Positions 27,899 through 37,917 of a stretch of 64,000 bases of DNA are shown here, one piece after another (positions within the stretch are counted from its first letter, which is position 1; each line of letters starts with the position of its first letter). The translations under genes and the position numbers were made by a program. The notes beneath the pieces were generated by a model. The model saw only the letters and a program-made list of their open reading frames with translations, did no database searches and was not told where the DNA came from. Source of the stretch: an uncultured virus (IMG/VR IMGVR_UViG_3300010357_000155) (taxonomy: Duplodnaviria > Heunggongvirae > Uroviricota > Caudoviricetes); the IMG/VR virus record IMGVR_UViG_3300010357_000155; one strand, 5' to 3'.

Positions 27899-28432
27899 TC
27901 ACCAACAAGGAGTTCTTCCTTCACGCATGCGATGAATCAGTTCAGCAGGATCAAACTCTTCGGAGTCATCTCTGGAATGATGTAGCATTTTAATAGTGGG
28001 AATAATGCAGTCGATGTAGTCGACAGGATTATAACACTCCAACCATTCAAGGTCATTTGATCTAGAAGGTAAGTTAGCTTTGTCTTTTTTAACAACATTC
28101 CAGACACCTGTTTCATTTTCCCTTTCGATCAGATAGATTTTTTTATCTATAAGTGTAAACGTTAAGAATTGTCTTACCGGATAACCTTTATACCTATAGA
28201 TCTCGTAGCATCGATCCCATTTTAAACAGGATCTGAATTCTAAAAAATGTTCACTGAATTTTTCAAAATTATCAAAACCAGATCCACTCCTGTGTTTTTC
28301 ATTTGTTTCTGGATGAACAAGAGTTTTTGTTATAAGAAATGTTTCTTGTGATGAAAAGAAATCCTTGAAAATATCCGCATATATATTTCTTGCGTGATAA
28401 GGTACAGCTGTGTCAAATATTACATTCTCCAT
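27899..28432 (-). CDS. Hypothetical early protein, paralog of 27501-27800
   Basis: AAGGAG RBS; YADIF…FLITKT…P…FD motif. Confidence 0.7.
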   Translation of the reverse strand: MENVIFDTAVPYHARNIYADIFKDFFSSQETFLITKTLVHPETNEKHRSGSGFDNFEKFSEHFLEFRSCLKWDRCYEIYRYKGYPVRQFLTFTLIDKKIYLIERENETGVWNVVKKDKANLPSRSNDLEWLECYNPVDYIDCIIPTIKMLHHSRDDSEEFDPAELIHRMREGRTPCW

Positions 28433-28470
28433 TTTTTTCTCCTTACACAGTTAAGTGTCGTATGTACAGA

Positions 28471-28499
28471 TAATATATATGCAACTGAATTTAATTCAA
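28471..28499 (-). promoter_or_regulatory. Candidate early promoter
   Basis: TGAA-N12-GCATATATATTA. Confidence 0.6.
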
Positions 28500-28535
28500 A
28501 AAAAGAAACAGGAGACGGATCTCCTGTTATAATTA

Positions 28536-28751
28536 TTACCACAAAATCAATAACGGCAAATCGTTATCATTATCATTACGATCGTCAAACTGAATATTAG
28601 GATTACCTAAACCTTCAATGTATCCTTCCATCCAAAGATAAGCTTTGGTTCTGTCTTCTTCAGAGAACAAACACTGAAACATACGTTTACCGTTGATGAT
28701 CATAATAAAATGCGGAGAAAAGTATTTATTGATACCAATTTTCAAAAGCAT
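28536..28751 (-). CDS. Hypothetical protein
   Basis: AAGGA RBS; 71 aa. Confidence 0.55.
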   Translation of the reverse strand: MLLKIGINKYFSPHFIMIINGKRMFQCLFSEEDRTKAYLWMEGYIEGLGNPNIQFDDRNDNDNDLPLLILW

Positions 28752-28778
28752 ATTTATTCCTTTTTTACAAAAGAAAAG

Positions 28779-28802
28779 CCAGGAGAGATTGCTCTCTCCT
28801 GG
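28779..28802 (-). terminator. Terminator after nvRNAP genes
   Basis: CCAGGAGAG-attgct-CTCTCCTGG with T run on minus strand. Confidence 0.7.
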
Positions 28803-28807
28803 TCTTC

Positions 28808-30736
28808 TTATTTCACGATTGCTTGAGGTGTAAATAGAACATCCATCGGGTGTCCCATTCGGTTCACGTTACTAAACATAACAGATGCATTAGACATCAG
28901 CTCTTTAGATTGCTCTTCAAAGATCAACAACTGAGAAAGACTACGGTGTCTAAACAACACAGTCTTCTGTTCACAGTGTGGATGCGCTGAGTTGCGTCCA
29001 AGTCGATAATTGTTGTTATATGCATTGTAGGTAGTCGTTGCATAGATCATGATCTGCAAGATAGAGAAGTTGCATTTGAATTGATCGATGATATGTGCAA
29101 ATAAGTTACCAAGCTTTTCATAAGGATCGTCAACTTTATCTTTATTGGTTTCGATAATGCTGGTAATCTTATTAACGAAGGAAATGATGTTACCTTCCTT
29201 CAGTGGATTATTGAACACAGGTCGTGTTTTGTCATAGCGATCCAACGGGATAACAAAGTTACCACGAGCATCTGATTCTAGTTTAGAGTTCTTGATATGT
29301 TCAAGCAAACCTTTAGTAATAATAGAAGTACGATCACGATAAGAGATGTCCACAGTTTCAACTAGCGGTGTCTTATGTTTCGTATCCTTAAGAATAATTT
29401 CTTCCAATTCACCAATCTTATTCAGAGCAATATTGGTGTGCTGGATATTCAGTACGTCGATTAGTTTACTTAGACGAGAATTAGGTAGGATCATTACCAT
29501 ACCTGTCAAGTCAAGATCTTTATTAAAGTAGATGTTATTCTCATCGTCAGTGTAGAAATACTTGTTGGCATTGCCTTCAAGCTTAATTGCTGACTTCTTA
29601 ACGCTGTGCGTCAAGTGTTTGGTAGATAGAATAGTCTGCGTAGACTTTTCCATCAAATAGGAAGTCATAATGTAACCAAGGTTACTGTTCTCTTTAAAGT
29701 TCTCAGAGATCTTACCAAGACAAGTTGTACAGACTTCATGAGCAACAGGATGTCGACAACCTAACGCAGTTCTGACCTTGATAATCTGATTAACTAGATG
29801 TGACTCATTACCACGAATCCATTCCAGTGACCCATCTTCCTTAAGATAATAAATACCTTTCATATTGTCCAGCACTTGTTGAGTGATGAACACATCCATA
29901 TACTCAGTACTTCCACAATCATGATTAACAATGTTGCGTACAGACATCGTCAGAAGTTGAATACGACGTGATGCGTATTCTGATGTCTTAATATGTGTAT
30001 CGTTTGCATTAAGAGATTTAGCTGCAGTGCGTGACTCAGCCATGATCTCAAACAAGTTACCCATGCCTTTGATAAAGCCATTGACAATAGGTTGCTTGAA
30101 TACAGTACGATCTAGATCAGTCACATATCCGCGAGGACCGATACACTGATTGGCTTGGTTCTCGTTAATAGACTTAGACCGATATGCTTTAACAAACCGA
30201 TTCTTAGGGTTAATATTCTGCATTGACTGTTTAGTCATTTTATACGCACGGTCGATATGTTCCGGACTTGGTTTCAGATTGCTCTGAATGTCCGCGATTG
30301 CTTTATGTTTAATAACCTCGACGAAGTCTGTAGCGTCAATACCTGACACCCAAGGCGAGATCATTGTAACAACTTCATTACGAATAAGGTTAACAATTTT
30401 CATAACTAAACGCAACAAATTTTCTTTGGTGGAGTAAGCATGAAGTTGATTGAATTCGCAAATATGTTTAAAGATAGTTTCAAGTAATCTGATATGGGTA
30501 TCAGCGTTGTAATATTCGTTATTTAAAATGTAACTACAGTCACATGTACTAATGATAGGTGTATTAGGAAACAGTGCAAACAGTTCCCAACAATACCTGT
30601 TAAATACTATCTGTTTCTTATTTTGTTGAACTTCAGTTCCATCTTCATACACAACCAGATATGGAACTTCTGGAATGTTCCAAATGTCCATACGTGGTAT
30701 GTTGAATAGGTTTCTGACTAATGTTTTTTCACTCAT
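28808..30736 (-). CDS. rpoC: Non-virion RNA polymerase beta' C-terminal subunit (phiKZ gp74-like)
   Basis: QCIGPRGYVTD, ESRTAAKSL, SEYASRRIQL, zinc site DCGS…C…VCTTCLG, QTILSTKH. Confidence 0.88.
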   Translation of the reverse strand: MSEKTLVRNLFNIPRMDIWNIPEVPYLVVYEDGTEVQQNKKQIVFNRYCWELFALFPNTPIISTCDCSYILNNEYYNADTHIRLLETIFKHICEFNQLHAYSTKENLLRLVMKIVNLIRNEVVTMISPWVSGIDATDFVEVIKHKAIADIQSNLKPSPEHIDRAYKMTKQSMQNINPKNRFVKAYRSKSINENQANQCIGPRGYVTDLDRTVFKQPIVNGFIKGMGNLFEIMAESRTAAKSLNANDTHIKTSEYASRRIQLLTMSVRNIVNHDCGSTEYMDVFITQQVLDNMKGIYYLKEDGSLEWIRGNESHLVNQIIKVRTALGCRHPVAHEVCTTCLGKISENFKENSNLGYIMTSYLMEKSTQTILSTKHLTHSVKKSAIKLEGNANKYFYTDDENNIYFNKDLDLTGMVMILPNSRLSKLIDVLNIQHTNIALNKIGELEEIILKDTKHKTPLVETVDISYRDRTSIITKGLLEHIKNSKLESDARGNFVIPLDRYDKTRPVFNNPLKEGNIISFVNKITSIIETNKDKVDDPYEKLGNLFAHIIDQFKCNFSILQIMIYATTTYNAYNNNYRLGRNSAHPHCEQKTVLFRHRSLSQLLIFEEQSKELMSNASVMFSNVNRMGHPMDVLFTPQAIVK

Positions 30737-30738
30737 CC

Positions 30739-32820
30739 CTATTCCTCAAAGCCTAATTCAATGCCATTTGCGTTAAAGATGTGTTGTAGAATAGCCAACG
30801 ATTTTGTGTTGCCATACTCCACAATTGACCGATCGATATTGAAGTTAGGATCAAACGCATTGGGACTCTCAAGAATATGCTTGATCAAGAACTTGTGAGA
30901 GATAGGATTAAGATTAATATCGAACATATCGGCAACCATCTCAGGATCAGCCAAAGCTGCTTCGATTCGGACTTCGGTTTCACCCATAGTCTTGGTCGGA
31001 GTAAGAGAGTGCGGATACTTAAACTTGTCATAGTTGGTACCCTTGATTGGGAAACCAAAGTTGTTTACTTTACTTGAGCTTACTGCTGAATAGGAGTTAC
31101 CGATCTTTTCCAGCAACATAAAGTAGAGTTGTCCGACACGAATGTCTTCTACTGTTTCCACTGTACGACCCAGTTCATCCACATACGTAACTTTATCATT
31201 TAATGGTTTATAGTCGCTTTCTTCGATCATACTAATCACGTCAGTGATGTTGATCTCATTATCAGTGGGATAATATATGAATAGGTTCTTGGTCAATACT
31301 TCATATAAATGATCTCCTACTTCATCCTGATTAAGACTGTCCATGAACTCGACCATGTCAGGATTAATAAGAGCATACAACCCACGAATATAATTATAGA
31401 AATAATCAATATCTTCTTTTGAATACAGTTTATTTTCAATTTTATTTAGGTACTCGTTACCATATTTCGTATAGAAGAAGTGAATCAACCTTTGACGATT
31501 ATCACGACTCAATGCACCAAGATAAGCTTCATAAGCACGACCAAGATTCATACGAGAAATAGTCGCAGCACTGTCTGTAATTATCTCAGCACGATTACCA
31601 TTCTTATCAACTGGCATCATAGCGTCAGGAAGAATCTTACAGATAACACCTTTGGCTGCATGAATATCAGTTAGCTTATAACCTTCTTTAGGTTCGATAG
31701 TGGAGATAGTAGTAATCTCAACACGATATTGATCAATAGGAAGCTTGCGATAGCAGAGCTTATTTTTATTAGAAGTTACTGCATTGATCTTGATTTCACA
31801 ATCAGTAATGAAGCGATGCAGTTTTGGTGTAATACGAACAGCGTCAATTGATCCATACATGACTTTCTTTTCATTCAGGATCTGATAGAACTTATTAACG
31901 ACATTGGTATAGTAATTGATTAACATTGCAGCAAAATCATCAAGCTGCTTAGTCATCTTACCGGTAAATTCTTGTTTGTTATAGTTACCACGAATAACCT
32001 TGACATCAAGGACTGTGGAGTTTGGATTTACATAGACTAAATTGTCAAATGTAATATCAACTTCTGATATGTTTACATCATTGAGATCGGAAACACTGAA
32101 CCAATCGTTACGTTCACGAAGAGCACAGAGCAGACCATCTTCCCGAACACGATCACCAATGTTCGGAATAAACTTAAAGATCTCTTTATCGCCGTACAAG
32201 TTAACAGGCAGAGTATCTTTGGTAATATTGATAACACGCTTAACAATAGAGTTAAACTTGGATCGTTTAACAAAGCTTTCAGATACCACAAATCCGTCTT
32301 CAGATACAGATGGATGTGACATGAATACCATGTTAACATTTAGACCATAGTTATAAGCACCTTCATCACCATAACTATCAGTCCTGGCAAGGATAGTGTC
32401 TTTTGGAAGAACAGAGTTGAACGACATATTCAACAGTTCTTCAGTTGGTTTAAGCTTGTAACCGAAGAAGGTGTGTGAAGACTTATAAGTATCAACGTCA
32501 ATAAAGTCAACAAAGATCTGACCATTCTCTTCATACTCTGCGAGGATGGTATAAGTAGGAACATCAGCAACACCGAATTCACGGTACCGAGGAATAATAG
32601 CTTTTACTACGTAGTCATGATCACCACGTACATCGTTAATATATTTACCAAGTTCATACTCAATGCCAGATTTAACAACCTTTTCATCGGGTGTCAGTAA
32701 AGGCAGGTGTGCGGAGAAGTGCGAAAAATCCATGACCGCACGCGGACTGGAAGTATTTGCAATAAATGAATTAATTGCCGCAGTTCCAATGAACTCGGCT
32801 TTGATCTCGGTTTTTGCCAT
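30739..32820 (-). CDS. rpoB: Non-virion RNA polymerase beta C-terminal subunit (phiKZ gp71-73-like, uninterrupted)
   Basis: SSPRAVM, SEDGFVVSES, GYKLTDIHAAKGVI, SRMNLG, MGETEVR. Confidence 0.9.
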   Translation of the reverse strand: MAKTEIKAEFIGTAAINSFIANTSSPRAVMDFSHFSAHLPLLTPDEKVVKSGIEYELGKYINDVRGDHDYVVKAIIPRYREFGVADVPTYTILAEYEENGQIFVDFIDVDTYKSSHTFFGYKLKPTEELLNMSFNSVLPKDTILARTDSYGDEGAYNYGLNVNMVFMSHPSVSEDGFVVSESFVKRSKFNSIVKRVINITKDTLPVNLYGDKEIFKFIPNIGDRVREDGLLCALRERNDWFSVSDLNDVNISEVDITFDNLVYVNPNSTVLDVKVIRGNYNKQEFTGKMTKQLDDFAAMLINYYTNVVNKFYQILNEKKVMYGSIDAVRITPKLHRFITDCEIKINAVTSNKNKLCYRKLPIDQYRVEITTISTIEPKEGYKLTDIHAAKGVICKILPDAMMPVDKNGNRAEIITDSAATISRMNLGRAYEAYLGALSRDNRQRLIHFFYTKYGNEYLNKIENKLYSKEDIDYFYNYIRGLYALINPDMVEFMDSLNQDEVGDHLYEVLTKNLFIYYPTDNEINITDVISMIEESDYKPLNDKVTYVDELGRTVETVEDIRVGQLYFMLLEKIGNSYSAVSSSKVNNFGFPIKGTNYDKFKYPHSLTPTKTMGETEVRIEAALADPEMVADMFDINLNPISHKFLIKHILESPNAFDPNFNIDRSIVEYGNTKSLAILQHIFNANGIELGFEE

Positions 32821-32886
32821 TAAACTCTCCTTTTTGTAATCAGCCGATTGAACTCAAAATTAAAAAACTAATTACCTAATTCCAAA

Positions 32887-32916
32887 TACTATATATATCA
32901 TTGTAATTAAATCCGA
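32887..32916 (-). promoter_or_regulatory. Candidate early promoter for nvRNAP beta/beta'
   Basis: CGGA-N12-GATATATATAGTA, a variant of the motif. Confidence 0.5.
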
Positions 32917-32952
32917 AGTAGTTATGCTTTGATGAATCTTGAGGGTACTCAA

Positions 32953-33249
32953 ATGCTAGAACAACTGCAAGTAAACGATTATAAATTTGCTAATTATACC
33001 AAGTTAAATGACAACCTAATATATTTAGATCATATTGATATAACATATAATTTTAATGAGGTGTCTGTTACACCAGATATGGCTCTTCGTTATAGAGGAA
33101 ATCTATACGGACTGTTTAAGGAAATGCGTATCGACACTAATCTATATGTTTTCACAATGTATATCAATGGTTATAGATCACCTGTTGATTTTGATGGTAA
33201 GAAATACACGTTTAAGTTAGCAATAAAACCACTTGTTCCTAATAGTTAA
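32953..33249 (+). CDS. Small conserved jumbo-phage protein, possibly LysM/baseplate-wedge-like
   Basis: YRGNLYGL…MYINGYRSPVDF motif; GAGG RBS. Confidence 0.5.
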   Translation: MLEQLQVNDYKFANYTKLNDNLIYLDHIDITYNFNEVSVTPDMALRYRGNLYGLFKEMRIDTNLYVFTMYINGYRSPVDFDGKKYTFKLAIKPLVPNS

Positions 33250-33259
33250 AAAAAAGAAT

Positions 33260-33285
33260 ACACCAGAGGGATAACCCTCTGGTGT
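33260..33285. terminator. Bidirectional terminator (CCAGAGGG family)
   Basis: ACACCAGAGGG-ataa-CCCTCTGGTGT. Confidence 0.75.
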
Positions 33286-33295
33286 TTCTTACTTC

Positions 33296-34837
33296 TTATC
33301 GTCCGCTAAATATCGGATTGAACTCAATACCAGAAGTCTGCATCGGCATCATTCCGTTGTTCATCATCATACCGTTATTCATTGGCATCATATTCATATT
33401 TGGATTCATCTGCATCTGCATGTTAGGATTCATTTGCATTTGCATATTAGGGTTCATAGCCATGTTTCCTTGGTTCAACAACACAGGACCTTGTGGTGTC
33501 ATCATGGCTGGACCTTGTGCGGTCATAATAATATTGTTAGTAGGTTGCATAATGTTAGGATTCATTTGCATTCCACCAGGTTGTTGTTGACTAACCATAG
33601 TTTCTTGTTGAACCCAAGACGGTGTGTATGTTCCGGCAGGAGCCATCATACCCGGCATCATACCAGGCATCATTCCAGGAACCATACCTGGCATCATACC
33701 TGGCATCATCATGTTACCCGGCATCATACCAGGACGACTCAGATTACCTTTGATAATATCTTCAGCAGATAACACCTGAGGTTGCTGTACGGTAGTCTGT
33801 ACGGCAGTCATAGGCATTGATGTCATATGTGTATTTGTAGCGACAGGAACAAACTCCTGACGTGGTAACTGTTGAACTGTTTCAGCTACAGCAGCACGCG
33901 TTTCGTCTACATTAAGTTTATGCTGAGACTCGACAGAGAGATCCAGTTGATTAGGAATCAAACGGATTTCGTTCGCCATACCGTACAAGTCATCTAGTTG
34001 TTTAACCCATTCCATATCAGAATAGCAATCAACCAGACGAAGAGTAGGTTCTTTCAACTCATCCATCAGGTTGCATAATTCATTCATACGGTCTGAGATC
34101 ATATAGCTGGTTTTCAGCAGAATGTTCAGATAACGGAAGACCTTATTATCGGTGCCTTCCGAATACTTCACCTTGTCAGTAAACTCAGGGAACAAGATAT
34201 TAAAGATGTTTGTCAATGCAAGCAAATCCTTCTTGCGCATCTTATAACCAAACACCTTGTATTCACGTTCCTTGTCTTCAAGAGACTTAGAAACTTCGTT
34301 AGCCATAGTGAAGTTGATCTTACCAATTGCACCATAGGGTGTATCGTTAATTTCACCATTCTTTTTAAGGAAGATGTCAAACAAGAATCCTTCCGAGTTT
34401 GTCTTCTTGCTAGCACGCAACATGTTAGCAAAATTCTCATTGAGAATCATGTCGGTTTCACCGATGTTGCTGATAATATTGATAAGCTTACTGGACTTGA
34501 TCTTCTGTTGCATCTGAACATCAGAAGCCACTGTGATCAGGTTAATGATCATGAAGCTCAGTTTCATATTCAGCTCAAGTACAAGCCGTGTCTTATAGAA
34601 ATTGAACACTGTGTTTTCAGGGTTCGTATAGTTTTCGTTCAGCGGGTGAAAGATCATCCGACCGTTCGGGTTCTTCAAGTTATCGAAATAAGGGAGAGTG
34701 AGATACTTCCCGTCAATCGTGATATCACCCAACTGATCGTTGGTATTTTTAATAACGTTATCATCGAAACTCAGACCTGCATACTGAAGCATAGACAGGT
34801 AGAATTTATCCATTACAGGATTAAGTTGATGAGACAT
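33296..34837 (-). CDS. phiKZ gp70-like core protein with Met/Gln/Asn/Pro-rich disordered C-terminus
   Basis: GKYLTLP…FHPLNEN N-terminal motif; lies between PicA-like and nvRNAP beta genes; (MMPG)n and (MQMNPN)n tail. Confidence 0.7.
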   Translation of the reverse strand: MSHQLNPVMDKFYLSMLQYAGLSFDDNVIKNTNDQLGDITIDGKYLTLPYFDNLKNPNGRMIFHPLNENYTNPENTVFNFYKTRLVLELNMKLSFMIINLITVASDVQMQQKIKSSKLINIISNIGETDMILNENFANMLRASKKTNSEGFLFDIFLKKNGEINDTPYGAIGKINFTMANEVSKSLEDKEREYKVFGYKMRKKDLLALTNIFNILFPEFTDKVKYSEGTDNKVFRYLNILLKTSYMISDRMNELCNLMDELKEPTLRLVDCYSDMEWVKQLDDLYGMANEIRLIPNQLDLSVESQHKLNVDETRAAVAETVQQLPRQEFVPVATNTHMTSMPMTAVQTTVQQPQVLSAEDIIKGNLSRPGMMPGNMMMPGMMPGMVPGMMPGMMPGMMAPAGTYTPSWVQQETMVSQQQPGGMQMNPNIMQPTNNIIMTAQGPAMMTPQGPVLLNQGNMAMNPNMQMQMNPNMQMQMNPNMNMMPMNNGMMMNNGMMPMQTSGIEFNPIFSGR

Positions 34838-34846
34838 GTTCTCCCC

Positions 34847-36304
34847 TTAGTAGTACGATTGAGGTGCGTTATATTGAGTGGTCAACGTATCGATAACAGA
34901 ACCTAGCTGGAAACTCATGAAGTCCACAGCTTGTTTATCAATAGAGATCACCGGTGAAAACAGACTATTGGCAAATGTCGGAATGGTATACCAGTTCGAC
35001 GGATAACCAGCGAAAGTCAGGTTGATCTTACTGGTACCCAGCAAATCAATATAACCTTCAAGATGCATAGGGATAATTCCGGAATTGGTTTCATTCAGGA
35101 AGATTTCTGTTATAAACTTTTCTTTGAAGATCTCGAGTAGATAATTGAACTCTTGTTCTTCTAAGTTAATAAAGCTATTAAAGTTTGTAATAAAGACTTC
35201 AGCAATACCCATGGGGTTAGTCATGTTTGATGCTGAGAAATAGATTTTATTGAATCCATACTTGGTAGCCAGAGATACCGAGTTTTCGATCAGGCTATAC
35301 GCCTTAACTGTTACAGGGTCTTGACCATGCCAATAGTCACCGATCTCGGGTGTCTGCATCATCGTCGGATCAACGTAATTCTTCGTGATGTTCAGAACCT
35401 TGAACCGATTGTAGATAGTTGGATCAACATTCATTAGCACTTGGAATGTAAAGAACTCACGAACAATCTTGAAACCAGCAGCTCGGCTGATAAACTTCAA
35501 GAAACGATTGTCATGAATACTCGGTTCCGGAAGACGTGACTCAGGTGCCATTCCGTTACTGATTTCATATGAATTAATAAAGATGTCTTTGTTCTTAACA
35601 TCATGAATACCTGTCGTCAGAATCTTTGAAAGATATTCAGTGGTGATGTTATTGTCAACACTTGATGACAAAGCTTTTGTGTCAACTGAGTTCATGTAGC
35701 TACCCATGTTCTGCGTTTGCAGTGTAGGATCGTTAATGAATTGTGACATATTCAACAGGTTAATGTTTTCCAAGACATCGCTTGGACGCTGCGTAAACAG
35801 CTCATTAAATCCACCATTGAAAAATACATTATAAATACGATATAGCTTTTCTTTTCGAATAACACCCAGAGGTGTGTTGATCGTCATCGTGGTTGTTTCA
35901 ATGACGTTATTGATGTAATGTACCATATTAGCGTCAATGTGACCGCTTGCAGTGATACCGTCAAATTCAGTGTAACCTTGAATATAACTATTGATTTCAA
36001 CACCAGTCGGGTCCAGAGAACGAACCTTCAGCAAGAAGATAAACTTCTTAGTTGAAACCCAGTCGTTATTACACATACTCATATAACCGACAGCACTCGG
36101 TTGAATAATTTCACCAGCAATACCGTTGACGATATTCGGTGTGATCTTACCTGCTTTGGTATCTTCCATCCGTTCAGAGATCTGGTCAATTGCACTCTTC
36201 GAGGCATTTACAGTATAAGGACGGTTAAACATGGGAGTGTAATTTCCCATTGGAATATAGGTAAGATCTTCAATAGTAAAGTTATCCCCGAAATTCATTA
36301 TCAT
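34847..36304 (-). CDS. picA: PicA/Imp1-like phage-nucleus protein import factor (phiKZ gp69-like)
   Basis: Y..MF.RPY, YIQGYT, QRP.D, PTFANSLFSP motifs; size and synteny directly after the gp68-like gene. Confidence 0.7.
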   Translation of the reverse strand: MIMNFGDNFTIEDLTYIPMGNYTPMFNRPYTVNASKSAIDQISERMEDTKAGKITPNIVNGIAGEIIQPSAVGYMSMCNNDWVSTKKFIFLLKVRSLDPTGVEINSYIQGYTEFDGITASGHIDANMVHYINNVIETTTMTINTPLGVIRKEKLYRIYNVFFNGGFNELFTQRPSDVLENINLLNMSQFINDPTLQTQNMGSYMNSVDTKALSSSVDNNITTEYLSKILTTGIHDVKNKDIFINSYEISNGMAPESRLPEPSIHDNRFLKFISRAAGFKIVREFFTFQVLMNVDPTIYNRFKVLNITKNYVDPTMMQTPEIGDYWHGQDPVTVKAYSLIENSVSLATKYGFNKIYFSASNMTNPMGIAEVFITNFNSFINLEEQEFNYLLEIFKEKFITEIFLNETNSGIIPMHLEGYIDLLGTSKINLTFAGYPSNWYTIPTFANSLFSPVISIDKQAVDFMSFQLGSVIDTLTTQYNAPQSYY

Positions 36305-36316
36305 TACCTCTTAAGG

Positions 36317-37816
36317 TCAGTTGTTGATGAAGTCGATGTAGGAACACACTACATCGTTAATATTGTTCGGAATGTTCAGATAACCATCCTTGTTAATAAA
36401 CTTAGCGATTTGATCAGGTTCACCGACAGGAACCCATAGGCAGTTTGCAATTTCTTTGCTAATCTCTGATACTGTTTTTTCAATAACAGATTGTTTATCA
36501 TCCTCAATAGAGAAGCTGTAATAATTAGCTAGACGTTTTACGAGTGTCTTATTAACACCGTTACGGATGAGAACGTTTACATATGAAGCTTCTTTNNNNN
36601 NNNNNNNNNNNNNNNNNNNNNNNNNNNNNNNNNNNNNNNNNNNNNNNNNNNNNNNNNNNNNNNNNNNNNNNNNNNNNNNNNNNNNNNNNNNNNNNNNNNN
36701 NNNNNNNNNNNNNNNNNNNNNNNNNNNNNNNNNNNNNNNNNNNNNNNNNNNNNNNNNNNNNNNNNNNNNNNNNNNNNNNNNNNNNNNNNNNNNNNNNNNN
36801 NNNNNNNNNNNNNNNNNNNNNNNNNNNNNNNNNNNNNNNNNNNNNNNNNNNNNNNNNNNNNNNNNNNNNNNNNNNNNNNNNNNNNNNNNNNNNNNNNNNN
36901 NNNNNNNNNNNNNNNNNNNNNNNNNNNNNNNNNNNNNNNNNNNNNNNNNNNNNNNNNNNNNNNNNNNNNNNNNNNNNNNNNNNNNNNNNNNNNNNNNNNN
37001 NNNNNNNNNNNNNNNNNNNNNNNNNNNNNNNNNNNNNNNNNNNNNNNNNNNNNNNNNNNNNNNNNNNNNNNNNNNNNNNNNNNNNNNNNNNNNNNNNNNN
37101 NNNNNNNNNNNNNNNNNNNNNNNNNNNNNNNNNNNNNNNTCATCACTTAGACCGGCATTGATAATGAGATGTTCGTTCTTAGTGTTACCGATCAATGTGA
37201 TCTGATTGGCTTCAATGTAACGCTTTAGCTTTTCAATTTCCGGGCAGCTGTACACGTCAGAACGAATAAACAACATAAAGATTTTATAGTAGTAATGATT
37301 GGTAAGCTGTTTGATATAAACATAGAAGTCAAGATACAGAGGAGAGATTGCACGGATAAAGATGATCAAGGAGATGAGATCACGATACTCGTTTTTGATG
37401 TAAGTCTTCTCTTCGGTCGTATTCATGTCAGGATCATAGATATAATCACTGCGGATATTTTCCGGAATGATCATCTGTGACTCTTTATAAGACATCCAAA
37501 GTTTAAAGTTCTCGTAATTCAGAAGCTCAGAGACTTTAGCAATCTTATTTTCCAGTTTGACGATGTAGTTTACGTCAGTGTAATGCTGACGATACTCTTG
37601 CGAATAAACTTTGTAAAACACATCATAAATTTCTTTTTGAGTATAGATCGGAAGAGTCTGAACATACTCGTTAATTTGATTATAAAGGTTGAACATATCT
37701 GACTGATCTTTATAGAAATCAGCGAGATCAAGTTCAATCATTTCACAGTCATCGAAAGTAATGCGTAGAACATTCAAACCGTACTCATTACTAGCAACTG
37801 TATATTTGAGGCTCAT
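36317..37816 (-). CDS. nvRNAP promoter-specificity subunit (phiKZ gp68-like), interrupted by an assembly gap
   Basis: LYNQINEY, IP..I, EEKTY…EY.DL motifs; synteny; central part is N. Confidence 0.65.
   Translation of the reverse strand: MSLKYTVASNEYGLNVLRITFDDCEMIELDLADFYKDQSDMFNLYNQINEYVQTLPIYTQKEIYDVFYKVYSQEYRQHYTDVNYIVKLENKIAKVSELLNYENFKLWMSYKESQMIIPENIRSDYIYDPDMNTTEEKTYIKNEYRDLISLIIFIRAISPLYLDFYVYIKQLTNHYYYKIFMLFIRSDVYSCPEIEKLKRYIEANQITLIGNTKNEHLIINAGLSDXXXXXXXXXXXXXXXXXXXXXXXXXXXXXXXXXXXXXXXXXXXXXXXXXXXXXXXXXXXXXXXXXXXXXXXXXXXXXXXXXXXXXXXXXXXXXXXXXXXXXXXXXXXXXXXXXXXXXXXXXXXXXXXXXXXXXXXXXXXXXXXXXXXXXXXXXXXXXXXXXXXXXXXXXXXXXXXXXXXXXXKEASYVNVLIRNGVNKTLVKRLANYYSFSIEDDKQSVIEKTVSEISKEIANCLWVPVGEPDQIAKFINKDGYLNIPNNINDVVCSYIDFINN
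36596..37139. other. Assembly gap (544 N)
   Basis: Run of n. Confidence 1.
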
Positions 37817-37841
37817 GCTTTCTCCTTTGTTTGATTACACA

Positions 37842-37870
37842 TACTATATATGTGGCTGAAAACATTTCAA
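37842..37870 (-). promoter_or_regulatory. Candidate early promoter for the gp68/PicA/gp70-like operon
   Basis: TGAA-N12-ACATATATAGTA. Confidence 0.6.
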
Positions 37871-37883
37871 TAACCAAGATAAA

Positions 37884-37912
37884 ATCTCCCTCTCTGGTTG
37901 AGAGAGGGAGAT
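37884..37912 (-). terminator. Terminator hairpin
   Basis: ATCTCCCTCTCT-ggttg-AGAGAGGGAGAT. Confidence 0.7.
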
Positions 37913-37917
37913 AATTA

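Noticed and set aside
30739..32820. Intron or intein in RNAP subunits, as found in some phiKZ relatives
   Set aside because: The beta-C, beta'-C and vRNAP beta ORFs are continuous, with no evident intein or endonuclease insert
36567..37205. Poly-X ORFs
   Set aside because: Artifacts of the N gap
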